DNA from: Phoronis australis
Taxonomy: Eukaryota; Animalia; Phoronida
DNA length: 53,707 nt
Reading direction: 5' to 3'
Assembly (NCBI GenBank): GCA_002633005.1
Contig: NMRA01001111.1
Coordinates: 1 to 53,707 of the forward strand
Below are positions 10,747 through 22,578 of this stretch, piece after piece. Each line of letters begins with the position of its first letter. Position 1 is the stretch's first letter. The translations under genes and the position numbers were made by a program. The notes under the pieces were generated by a model that was given only the letters and a program-made list of their open reading frames with translations, was not told the origin of the DNA and searched no databases.

Positions 10747-12024
10747 CTACGGAACNATTGTGGTTTTCCGATTGATAGTGTCGGCGTGAATGGTGATGAG
10801 CTTGAGAGCTTCGCTGGTAGGAAGTCCGACGACAGCGGGACCTGAAACGTCTACCACGTAGAAGGTGGTGGGAATCCAGTCAGAGTCCTTGTACTGGCAA
10901 GGTATTTTCAGGAAGCCAAGACATGGTATCTGTTGGCCATTGTAGGCTGTCAGCTTGATGTGGCTGGCTGGTTGCAAGAGTTTGAGCGTCTCTGGGGAAT
11001 CACCATACATTTGGCGAAACGTGCGAAGCGGGAGGGTGTTTCCAGATGCACCGGAGTCGATTTTGAGTCTGAGGGTGTGACTGCAATCACTGGTCAGGTG
11101 AGGTGGTTGCACCTTTAGGATGGTGTATGCCTCATCCCGCGTCAGGCTGTCCAGGCACTTGGTGCTGATTGTCAGGGAGTAGAAATGCTTCTGACAAGTT
11201 TCCTCGTCCTCATCAGTTTCCTCCTCAAGGTGGTCGACATTCTTGTGTTGCTGGCGGTGGTGGTCACTTTTGTGGTTTCGGTGCTGGGACTGGCTACGGT
11301 GACGGCCGGATGAACTGGATTCTCTTCGTCGGTTGCGTTTGCGGCACAATGGTGCCCAATGACCCTTTGCGCCACAGGCGTCGCAGGTATCATGGTAGGC
11401 TGGGCATCGCCTGGGTTTGTGAACCAATCCACAATTGCCGCATTTACGCTCACTGCGTACGCCATGCACAGCTTCGGACGTGAGACCCAATTGGTGAAGT
11501 TGGTCATCACCGGCTGTCATGGCTTCATATTTCCTGCCCTCCGTGAGAACCTGGGAGATTGGAAAACCTTTCGGTCTCCCATATAGATCGTTCCGGAAGG
11601 CATCATACGGGGTGCTGGCTATGATCAACTCAACCAAGCGTTCGTTAAGTTCATCGTCACCAAAATCACATTTGAGCGCTAGAGTGCGTGCTCTGGTGAC
11701 GAAATCATCTAGGCTTTCTTGTGATTTTTGCCGTAATTGCATGAGGTGCAGTCTATGTATCCGAAAATTGACGCTCACTTTAAGTTGAGACTCGAAAAAT
11801 GTCCACAGCTGGTTGGGGTCTTTCTTGTCTGCATCCCTGAGCCCACTGGCATTCAGGCGCTTGAGCCCTTCATCACCAATACCACGGCAGATTTTCCTAG
11901 CCTGCTTAACTTCATCCTCAATTGCCTCGTCTTCGAGATAGAGAGTCATTTTCTGCTTAAATAGCAGTAGGTTTTCGCTCAGATCATCGCCGTCCCACCG
12001 CATAATTGGGAAATGGGCGGCCAT
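10747..12024 (-). CDS. Gag-aspartic protease polyprotein (truncated)
   Basis: 425-aa ORF with QKSQESLDDFVTR (capsid region), tandem zinc knuckles CGNCGLVHKPRRC and CDACGAKGHWAPLC, and protease motif LKIDSGASGNTL. Confidence 0.92.
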   Translation of the reverse strand: MAAHFPIMRWDGDDLSENLLLFKQKMTLYLEDEAIEDEVKQARKICRGIGDEGLKRLNASGLRDADKKDPNQLWTFFESQLKVSVNFRIHRLHLMQLRQKSQESLDDFVTRARTLALKCDFGDDELNERLVELIIASTPYDAFRNDLYGRPKGFPISQVLTEGRKYEAMTAGDDQLHQLGLTSEAVHGVRSERKCGNCGLVHKPRRCPAYHDTCDACGAKGHWAPLCRKRNRRRESSSSGRHRSQSQHRNHKSDHHRQQHKNVDHLEEETDEDEETCQKHFYSLTISTKCLDSLTRDEAYTILKVQPPHLTSDCSHTLRLKIDSGASGNTLPLRTFRQMYGDSPETLKLLQPASHIKLTAYNGQQIPCLGFLKIPCQYKDSDWIPTTFYVVDVSGPAVVGLPTSEALKLITIHADTINRKTTXVP

Positions 12025-12574
12025 TTTTGGGATTTACGGTACACGTCCACTAGTTAGGCGAAACAAATTTTCACCGGGGAAAGGAGTTCCTACACAGCAG
12101 CGAGGCGAGTTAGGCGGAACACTTTACTACGGCACAAGACAATGTTAGTCCGCCGTGAGAAGGTAAAATAGGTCACAAGTAGATACACACGAGTATGGTA
12201 CAGCGGGTGGCGATCACCGCGTTCTATCCGTGGACAGTATGTCGGTAAGTCAATTATGCACAGTTTTTGCTTACGGTTTTGTCGATCTCGTCGTAGTTAT
12301 ATCTTTTGAGCGAGCGAGTGCCGTCTGTCTCTCGACGAGGTCAGCAGAATGTACAGTCCGAAAGAAGAATGTCCGCAGGTTGGTGACTTACTGGACGTTA
12401 GTTCAGGTTGCAGGTCGATGCACGGATGTTGAAAGACGTATAGGTTTACCGCTGCCACCATGTAGTGATAGCTGGCCGTTATAAGTGTGTATTGAAAACA
12501 GCGACTGGAGTCTGACATATAACACATGTATTCACTTGGCTAGCGAGAGGGAATCACTACGCGATACTACTACA
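10757..12574 (-). mobile_element. 5' half of a sibling Gypsy element: 5' LTR (12461-12574), PBS, 5' UTR and gag-protease; ends at the N at 10756
   Basis: 114-bp LTR highly similar to the 7212/10076 LTRs, with the same PBS (complementary to the tRNA-Leu 3' end ACCGCTGCCACCA). Confidence 0.92.
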
Positions 12575-13084
12575 ACTCTTCCTTGAGTAAACTAAATTAT
12601 TTAAAGGTGCTGGAAAAATTGACGTTCTACCGTTATTCTGCTGCTGAAGTTGTGGAGCAATCTTCTGCATCGGCTTTCGGCGCCATGAAATATTGCATCA
12701 CCAGCTACCTACTAGTATTAGTTAGTTTCTTTATCGACGATTCTTTAATCAACTGTTGTTCTTTCACGAGGTTGAGTACACGTCACAACAAATTATCGGA
12801 ACTTGTTTCACTTCATTGTAAGTTTTTAGAATTTTGATACCAGCAATCGGAATTTGACAACAAATTTTCTGTTGCTGCTAATTAGCTTTTATCAACTCCC
12901 GAGAGATGTCGCAAAATTTTAGTAAATGACACATGCGCATATCACGTGCGTACTGTTTTCAAAATAACAACATACTTTTCATTGTTGCAAAAGGTCGATA
13001 ATTATGCAAGAAAATGAAGTTTGTTGTAAATTGTTTTTCACTTAAACGGTTGTAGCAACTAACATTAACAGCAACAGGCAAGGA

Positions 13085-13430
13085 CTTGGCTAGGCAATGA
13101 CCATCGCCTCTGTTGGCCCGACCTGAGGCGATGCAGCTCCTATAGGAGATCCATACGTCGGAAGCTTTTCGGTGAATTATGCCTCGCACCGACTAAAACA
13201 TCAAAGTCACGTTGTTATAAATACCTTTTGCGCATAGAGGAACACCTTAGGAGGTTGTCGATGTGTTTAATTCCTTCCAACTCAAACCCCCTCTATACAC
13301 AAAAGGTATTTATAACAACGTGCTTTAGCCAGTGCGAGGCATAATTCGCCGAAAAGCTTCTGGCGTATGGAGCGCCTATAAGAGCAGCATCGCCTCTGGT
13401 CGGGCCAACAGAGGCGATGGTCATTGCCTA
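13085..13430. repeat. Hairpin formed by two inverted ~150-bp units separated by ~50 bp
   Basis: 13085-13240 is the reverse complement of 13290-13430 (...CCTTTTGCGCATAGAGG / CCTCTATACACAAAAGG...). Confidence 0.8.
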
Positions 13431-14662
13431 GGACTTGGCAAGGTGAGTGTCGGTTGACTCCCAGTTTTGCATACACCCCATCCGGTCTTTAGCTTTACAT
13501 GTTGGTACAAATTTCACTGCGATGTGACAAGAATAACTACCCTGGCTGTGTGCAATTTCGGGGTCTATGGAAGAAAAACACACAGTGGTACCTAGCTGTA
13601 TTTTGACGATAGTTTTCATACAGCTAGCTGGCTGACTAGGACGCCTGGCTGTGCCTGTGGCATTCACCCCCGCCGGTCGTTAGCTCTACATGTTGACACA
13701 TGTGAGTTTCACGATGAGCAAAAAGGGTACTACCTGATTGGTGTGAAACATCAAGGTCTATGTGAATCACACAACTAATGTACTTACCTTCTTTATTCAT
13801 CTGGAAACCTCTCCCAGCCTAACATGCAAGAATACGGAAGTGGAAAGTTTTGCTTCACACTAGACTGCAGCGAAGAAATAGCGAACATCTAATTGGCTAC
13901 TTGGAAAAAAGTAGGTCAATTGCTTTCGCAGGTCACGCTTGTCCCTGTTCTTATTTTGAATGGATTGAGGCGTTGTCGGAAGCTGTTGAGTGTCAAAGAT
14001 GAGCTCCATATCACCCACAAAACGCCAGAAAATCACCGATGTAGAAGATGCATGGTTAGTATGGAACCAGGTAAAAGCACAATGCCAGTTGAATAAGATA
14101 AGCAAAGAAGTAAACGTTTCCCACCGAGGTCTGGGTGGTCTTGCACGTGGCCGTGGGTGCTGTGGCGTGTTGAGGCCAATGAGGACCAGGTCACTAATTA
14201 TTTAGAGACGGGTTACGTGGCTAGGCCAGTGATCTCTGAAGGTCAACTTCTGGGATGGTGTTGATGTATTGACATTACGGCATGGGTGTCTTTCTTACCC
14301 TGCATAAAAGTTCCTAATAACGGACTTAATGCAGCTAATAAATTAATCAAAAGTTATGTAGGTCAACACACAGTAGGGAGGACAACGTTTTTAATTTTTT
14401 TTGCAGTACCCATGTCAACATCTGTCATACATTTTTGAAAAGCCCTTGGTGTGAGAAATGAAATGGTGCAAAAATCAGAAAAATTGGGTGAGCGGCTACT
14501 GAGAAAATGGCCGTTGAAACGCGACGATTATGCGTAAAATATCTGCCTTTTACAATTTTACATAATTTCGTAAAAAGTAAAAGAATGTACATGTGCTGCA
14601 TATAAAAAAATTGTCTCATTGAGACAAACATGGTGATGTGTATTATATAAAATTTGGATCGA

Positions 14663-15509
14663 TTTCTACAGAGATAATGCTGTTTAAATGTGTTGTTAGC
14701 ATATGGAACAGGCTCATCATCAACCTCATGTTTGATAACTGGATTACACAGCTTAAAAGGTAAAGAGCAAAAAACAACATATCAGCTCAGAAATAAATAC
14801 AACTGAGCTAGGAGGAAATTTCTCATCAAACCACAAGACAGCATTGGTGGATTTGGGGAGGGGCAAGGGGGCCAGCCTGTACCCCCCCCCCCCAAAACTC
14901 CCAGATTTCATTTGGCAGTTTGAGGGTGCAATATCTTACGGGTAAAATCCCACCTAATACTCTGCAATGGCCCCCCCTCCTATCTAATAATCCTAGATCT
15001 GCCCTTGAATACTACTACATGGGCAACACATCATGGCCTGACAGGGGGCTGGGGTCGCTGGGGAAGGCTACAGCTCCCCCCTTTTTTCAGTGCTGGGTGC
15101 CACCCATGTACTATTAGATCGTATCATAGCAAAAAACATCAGAAAGTAGACAAAAGACCATTTACGAAAACAAATCACTCTTAACATGAAGAATTTCATC
15201 ATTTACGCAACATAAACTCTTTGTAACAACTTTTTCGAACGGTGAAGTTGTGATGCCATTGAACTTCAACGTAGCCGCTCGTGGCGCTGACGTGCGGTGA
15301 CTTAGTGAACTAACGACTGCTGTTTGAAAAGTGCCAATGCACAGCAGTTTGACAGAATTCCTGAAAAAGAAATAATTACCAATTAAAAGAATGATAAATT
15401 CTTCATCTAAAAATCGGGTGGGGCATATTTCGCAACTGGAAAAACATCAATCTCCCGGCCGATCAAAATTAGGCCTTCCGGACGATCGAAAACTCGCCAT
15501 GAAAACTTG
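14663..15509 (-). repeat. Right arm of the ~850-bp inverted repeat (partner 4702-5547)
   Basis: Ends in ...GACGATCGAAAACTCGCCATGAAAACTTG. Includes the inverted copy of the CAGGGGCAGATCTAGG segment. Confidence 0.85.
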
Positions 15510-15659
15510 CCGAACACTTTCCATTTTAAAAAGAAATTTCCACTCATTCCCTTTTTGTGCCTGAAAAGTTGCAGATTTTTTTTTTCTGTGCCTGGATTTC
15601 CATCATTTTGGCTTAAAAATTGATATGTTCCATTGCTTTTCAGCGGTATGTTGCATCAT

Positions 15660-15737
15660 GCGCAGAAATTTCTGCGCAGTAAAATTCCAGCGCAGAAATT
15701 TCTACGCTGGAATTTTACTGCTCAGAAATTTCTGCGC
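15660..15737. repeat. 78-bp palindrome built from three 18-bp palindromic units at a 30-bp period
   Basis: GCGCAGAAATTTCTGCGC-like units at 15660, 15690 and 15720. Spacers AGTAAAATTCCA and TGGAATTTTACT are mutually inverted. Confidence 0.9.
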
Positions 15738-18700
15738 TGGAATTGTGTAATGGAAATTCATCAAAAGTGTTTTACGAAATCTGGATAGAAATTTTCTTAA
15801 TATTTATTTTTGTGGAGAAATTTGACCATATGGAATTACATTTCTCAGCCATGTTTGCTAAATAAATGAAGAATTACCGTATGTTGTCATCTTGTCTTAA
15901 AGTCACACTCTTACTCATTACAAGAATAATTCAATAAAATTCAATTAGCTCTCTCTTGCAAACAACTCATTAAAGACATCAACACAAGGACATGTATTTT
16001 TCTTTCCTGAAAAAAAGAACAGGCACTAATAAGAAAACAGTATGCCAGTTTCCATGAGTAATTTGTCTGGAATTCTGATGGTACTAATATGCTGTTGAGT
16101 CTTATTTGAAAGAATACCGACCTAAAGCAATTGGGACAGAAAGTGTGATGCCACAGTACTGGAGTAGTCTATGATATTCTGCCACTCCTAAATGAGAAGT
16201 TACGCACACATTATATCAAAAGCTGTAACTAGAAAATCACAAGAAAACCTCATTTTTTACAGTGGCCTGAGCTTCTGATTTTAAAAAGCTTCTTTTGTTG
16301 AATGTTGCCTGTTAGAACAATTGTGATAGTGCAAGTGAATAAGCCACAGCCATATTGTTTGTCTCTAATTTGGAATAGGTCCTTGGGGTGTGACATGACT
16401 TTCCATCCATGCTTGCTTATATTAACAAGTTCAAATAACTATTCTTACCGTAAAATCTCATCAATTTCATAATTGCGAAAATGATTCCTGTACTGTGAGG
16501 AAGAAGCGGTCCTGAAACAATGTCATGTAACATCTCTACTTTCAAAGGGTTTAACATGATTTTGCTTTAATTGGGCAAGTTGTGTTTGTTTACTCCACAA
16601 GTTCCAGATGTCTGTTCTGTCGACACTTTCTCAGTCCATCAGGTCTCCCTATGATTTGCCAATGTGAACCATGTGAAGTCAGAATGATAAGTTTAATAAG
16701 ACCTCATCTAAAATAGCACATTTTTAATACTATTGTGATAATTCATGAACTACGACACAGAAGCATTGTTGTTCATATTTAGTGAATATATTTACTTTAA
16801 TCACCTGATACAGACTACCTCTGTATTGAAGTCGATGTAATGGTATCAGCTGAATTCAGTTCTGCTTGAGGGGTGGTGAATATTTGACGCTAATACCCGT
16901 GGCTTTTATCCACTTAACTGCTGCATTACCTATATTTACAAAATTGACCTAAATATCAAACTATGTATCAAATAATTTGCCAAAAAGTACCACTTAATCA
17001 TGTAAGCTTTGATAAAAAATTCACATTGCACATTACAAAATTACATGCAGCTCTTGAGCACACAACCTTTTTCTAGGCTTTTTCCAGTGATTTCAAGAAT
17101 AAAAAATTATTGAAGCTAATATCAGATGTCACATTTAAGAAGTGAAGTTGCTTTTCATACCATGTTCATTTTACTTTCTCCAAAAAGTGTTGCCAAATTT
17201 ATCCACGCTCCATGATTTAAACTGTACATGTACCGGTTCCAGCAGCACAAAGGCTAATAGCCAGAAGGATTCATCATCATTCCTCTGATCCCCAGTAAGA
17301 GGTCTTGTTTATGAGATAGGGTTACATACGACACCCACTTGTATACAGTGACAGCTAAGTTTTATCAGTTAACTGATGGTTGAATCTTTTGTTGAATGAT
17401 CATATGAAATAGAATGCAAAACAGCTGGTCGAAATTGAATTTGTCAATTAAATGCAAAGAATTAAAGAAGTGATTGAGTTGTATGAAAGTCGGTCAGAAG
17501 CACCTTAACTGAACAATAAGCTCAATATAATGCTATGCAGCACAATTAAATAGTGAAACAGAATTGCTCTAAAAGAAACAGTCCAAACGCTATATACCGA
17601 GCCCTAACAAACAACCTATTAACAATAACAAAATATATCAATTATCTCAACCCACTGGCATTTATGTACTTATATAACATTTTTGGTGGCTCAGACTGCT
17701 AAACAGTTTGTTTTTCAAAAGTCATGTTCATCTACTTGACTGTCTTGAATCCTCAAAAACCCAAATGTAAATTTGTAATATGTTCAAATCGGGCTAAAAT
17801 TAATCAAATGTGTTGATTTATAGAAAAATATATTTACCAAGTATAAAATATATGCCTGAGATAGCATCACCAAAAATCAGTTGAAAAGGTTCTCCCAGCC
17901 ACAGCTATTGACCTCAGCCACATTTGTGCTGGGGAGTGTTATCAGCAAAATAGTTTAACTGTCACTTGAAATGTTTATTTCAAACATGGGTTATAAATTA
18001 GTTGTCAAGGATGCCACTGAAAAGTAAAATAGGCTAGTGCCTTTCAAACCATTATCCTGGACTCTGAAGAACTGAAGTTCTAAGCTGATGGATGAGATTT
18101 GATTTTAACATTACAGTTATCTGTTAATTATTTCTTCATCAAGGCGTATTTTTAATTATCTTAACAACAAGAAATATGATTTTTTCCCAATTACTTCAGT
18201 CATGGTTACAGGGAAACAGTATTAAAATTACTATCTTGCTTATTACACCTTATGGGTTTTCTTTATCAATCTCCCTGAAAACACTGCTAAATTTACTAAA
18301 TTTAATATTTTGGTTAATGCTGTATTTTAGAGGACTTGATTATCTGGACTTCAAAGGAATAATGAAATTATATACTAGTAAGACAACAGCTAATTGGCTT
18401 TAACTTATAAGTAGCTTGGACCCTGCAGAGCGGTAGCGTGACAATAACTTAATCCTTGAAATAACTATTAACTTATTCTTTAAGAGACCTTAAAGAATTG
18501 TATTTGACCCCTTTGAGGCAGATAGAAGGCAAACAGCAGATTTGAAAACTCGTGGAGGGCGCTTACAGGGGCATGGGCAGTTATTAAGGTGAACGGTATG
18601 CTGAATCACATAGTTTAGGCCATACCATTCTCAGTCAAAAAATATTTAGTTTATACACACAACCCAAGTGGTGTTGATGATTGTTGAAGGGGCATTTCAT

Positions 18701-18994
18701 GAAGCAATGATCTACTGTTGGGCTATCCAACGTGACAGAAGTTGGATGCGTCAGGAAAACTATGATTATTTTTTTTTTGGAAATAATGGTTAAGCCCAGA
18801 TCTTGAGTGGTTTAAATCAATTTCTTTAGGATGTAGTAAATTTGTTTTACCAGGAAGGTAGGTGAAACTTGATAGACTAAGTGAAAAACCAACTCTGAGA
18901 TAGTTTTATAAGCTGCTATAGGGTTACTTACGAAGAGGTATCAGAGCTCCAGTTTGCACAACCAGCCCAACCTGAGTATAATCTACCTGATATA

Positions 18995-19450
18995 TCTAAC
19001 AGAGAACTCCTAGAGCAAATTAATGCAAAATTTGAAAAGTGAGAGAAGATTTGTCAGATCAATCTCTAAGTCGACAATGCATGCAAATTAAGCTGGAAAA
19101 TGTTGGGTTGAGACAACACTCGGTGGCTTAGAAAATGAGGTGGATGATTTAGACAACAGGTCCAGATGGGACAACTTAAAATTTTCAAGGCATTCCTGAG
19201 GGAAATTCTGAATCATGGAAAGAAGTGGAAAATGCAGTTAAGGAAATAGTTAAAAGCCACCTAGAATACCAGAAGTAGAAATTGAGTGGGCCCATAGGAC
19301 TGGGTGCATAAACCCTGAGTAAACGTCAGCCAGTAATCACAAAGATGGATTTATTCAAGAACAAGTCGAAGATTTTAATAGGCAATGGAAAATTAAGGAG
19401 CGAAACACAATTCTCAGTGGCTGAAAACTTCAGCAAGAAAGATAATATCG
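18995..19450 (+). mobile_element. Decayed LINE ORF1 (L1-type RRM) remnant
   Basis: Frameshifted translation LENEVDDLDNRSRWDNLK..GIPEGNSESWKEVEN...EIEWAHRTG...FSVAENFSKK resembles the DLENRSRRNNL.I.GIPE / IERAHR ORF1 motifs. Confidence 0.7.
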
Positions 19451-19548
19451 CTTTAGGTTAAAGTTATGGCAGTGCTCCAGAGATAATTTTTTTTTGTAGC
19501 GAGTGCAATTACAGTTAGTGAAATTTTGCTTTGGAAGTAAGGATCTGA

Positions 19549-20638
19549 TTTTTATGCGCCCACATATTTATATGTGGACGCATTATGCTGTCATCTCTGT
19601 CCGTCCGTCCGTCCGTCCGTCCGGGCGGCGTCCGGCGTCCGCTGCTCTATCTCCAAAACCCTTTGACATACGTTCATGAAATTTGGCACATATGTTCCAT
19701 TCATGAATGGGACGGCATGTGCGAACTTTCGGACGGATCCGACTACCGGTGTGCCCCCTAGTGGCAATTTTAGTTTTTTACGCTTACCTTTGTATCTTCA
19801 AAAGTCCTGAACGGATTTTCATGAAATTTGGTATGTAGGCACCTAGTAGTGAGATGACGCTATCCTGCCGTTTTCGGATGGATTCGACATAGTTTGCGCC
19901 ACCTAGTGGCCATTTTTACTGTTTTCGAGTCTGTATTTTTGCGTCCACCCCTCTATCAACCAAACCGCTCAAAGGATGATTGTGAAAATTGGCGTGTATG
20001 TGCTTACTATAAGGAAGACAGCTGACAATGATTTTCAGACGATTTGGACTACTGTGGCGCCTCCTAGTGGCAGTTTTGTTTTTTTGCGCCCATGGCTGTA
20101 TCTCCCAAACCGTTTGCAGGATCTTTACTAAATTTAGCAAGTGTATTTATGTGATGTTGACAACGGACGATGACGACTTTAGGATGATTCTGATTACCGG
20201 TATGCCTCTAGTGGCAATTTTAGTATTTGCCTCTAGTGGCAATTTTAGTATTTTACATTGACCTCTGTATTTTCATAGGTCTTCAGGTGTATACTTTGTG
20301 TTACTTCGTGACTATGAAGGAAAAGTTCCAAGTAGAAATTTGTTTCTGGCATTCTAATGCTGTGCTAATCTCGTATGTTGGTAAATTTGTTTTTAATTCT
20401 ATGTTTCTGTGGTGCTTTAAGCAACTGGTGTATAGGATGTGCTTGTATTATGAAGATTACTCACATTTTGCCCCTAGCCTATTGAGGAGACAATGACCAT
20501 GCCTTTCCATTTTGCAAAGTACAACATACTACATATATGCCCTCTACTGGCCACTTTATGGTACCAATAAACAACCCTAGAAGGATACCGTATGCGGTGC
20601 AATTGTGGGCGCATTTCAACGCTCTGCGTTGCTCTTGT
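19549..20638 (+). mobile_element. Non-autonomous Helentron (HINE/DINE-1-like)
   Basis: T-rich start, subterminal IR ATGCGCCCACA (19554) / TGTGGGCGCAT (20604), 5' hairpin, (GTCC)n microsatellite, internal ~150-bp repeats containing CTAGTGGC, and 3' stem-loop CAACGC-TCT-GCGTTG followed by CTCTTGT. Confidence 0.85.
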
Positions 20639-20774
20639 AATTTTAAGGGTTGAATTAGGCTGAATTACTATTAACTCAGAGGAACTAAATTTCATAATGT
20701 CACACATACTGGGACTGTAGTCTTTCTAAAGGCTTGAAGGTAATGAAAGGAAATACATAATTCAGAGACCTATC

Positions 20775-21100
20775 TTAATTCAAAATTAGTTCTTCTGATA
20801 TTATATTTATATTTGTTAAATGTTTTGAATTAGAATAATTATTTATGCTATTAGTGACTTTAAATGAGTAAGTAAAGAAATGCCGCTTTATAGTAGTGGA
20901 TAGGGTAACCCAGTTGAGTGTATCTAATGTTTTTATTTTGTATTCTTTGATAACCCCAGCAATAGAAAGGGCAGTCTGGCTCTGCAATTTCTCAAGCCTC
21001 ATTGGATTATACTTCCATGTATTGGTGAAAATGATGAATAGTAGTTTCAAAGTGCACCTGCTTTTTATTCAATTATTGAGGAACTGTAGATTTCCTACAT
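20775..21100 (-). mobile_element. Decayed CR1/L2-like LINE ORF2 C-terminal remnant
   Basis: LEKLQSQTALSIAG...LDTLNWVTLSTTIKRH...FKVTN resembles the LE..Q..A.R.I.G...L..L.W.SL..RR...YKI.N pattern. Confidence 0.5.
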
Positions 21101-22578
21101 ACATGCACCCTAGAAAAATCCTACATAAAATAGAATATGTTGTAAAAAAGCAAAATGATGACTGATAACTTCAATTGTGGTATCTGAGAAAAGCAATCCG
21201 AAAGAGGATAATATATTCATCTGAAAAGAATACCATATCAAGTTATTGATCTGTCAAGAGAATGTTTGCCTAAACAACCAGAAATTTCATTGTAACTTGG
21301 TATTGGAAAGTGACAGAAAAGTTTGTGCCATAGTCATTGTATTATGCAGTGTCTGTGACTTAGAGTTGGTAATGCGAAAAGAATGAATCAGCATTACAAA
21401 TATTATGAATCAAGTTTATAAGAGCAAGAGGTGCAATCCAACTGTAAAGAGCGAAATGTGGCTTTACAATGCCAAGAACATAACCACTTGAAAATCCTGG
21501 AGGTGACACCAGATGGTCTTGGTCATGAGACTAGGCTGACCCTTGCCTATCTACTGTGTTTACACTTCATTGGTGCACCACCATATAACATGCAAAGGAA
21601 TTTCAGAATCTTGAGATCAGCGTTCAGTGTTCAGCTGAGGCAAAATTAGGTCAGCATACACTTAGTTTGAAACAGATAAAATTGCTAACACTGGTGAGAT
21701 AGGTCACTTTAAAATTTTGTGCATGGCTGACACTCCAATACCTACAAGAGGTTTGAGCTGCACAATGTATCTTATCTAGCAATACCAGACAGTATTTTTA
21801 ATGTGACATATAAGTGTACATTGGATTTTTTTAAATTGTGTGATTGGACAAATGAACAATCAAGTTTCGTTTCACAGGAAAATTATTTTCATAAATTCTA
21901 TATTAAAAGTGCATTTCGCCACTGTTTAGATGCCAATGTAGAATTTTCAACGGAAGCGCTTTGAAGTTTACAAAATTTGTCACACTCATCCGATACTGAA
22001 TTATTGCTGAATGATCCTACAAAATTAATCAAGTTCTAGACAATACAAACATGCCATTTTCGAGTTAACAGCTTTAGTTTATATATAATTATAATAACTC
22101 GTAAGGCTTTTTCTTGAATTGATGAATGTTTTTGTTGGTGATGGAATTAGAATGAAAGGAGTATTATAAGACTAACGTTATGAGAGTACAATGCCCAATC
22201 CAATTTTTATTTTTACTACACCTTAAGGAGGCCAAAATGCAGTTTCAAAATGGGACACTGACGTCCACGTTTGATATGTATATTTTGACATCATGGAAAA
22301 ACAATATCAACTTAAACCATTCTGAATATCTTTTCCATGCTCTTCTGCAATTAATCCAAGCTTGTGTGGATTTTTTCTCATGGCAATTTTAAAAACAGCT
22401 GACAAGATTCATATTGCAGTAAGATGAGATTCCTGTTGTAGGACCTGTTGTAAGACATGGACAATATTTTCATCAGGCCAGGTCCAAACATCAGGCCAAT
22501 TATACACATGTATTTAATTAGGTGTTGACAGCAGTGGTTAAATTCTGCTTAGACAAAGGTCAGTGATATATTTACAGT

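Noticed and set aside
8331-11964. Plus-strand ORFs overlapping gag/pol
   Set aside because: They are antisense shadows of a coding region with no recognisable motifs.
16200-16700. Possible hAT transposase C-terminal remnant on the minus strand (KRSF-like)
   Set aside because: Too degenerate to support by eye.
17228-17300. Candidate UPP first exon ending in phase 2 at GTAAG
   Set aside because: There is an in-frame stop upstream and no in-frame ATG, so it is unsupported.
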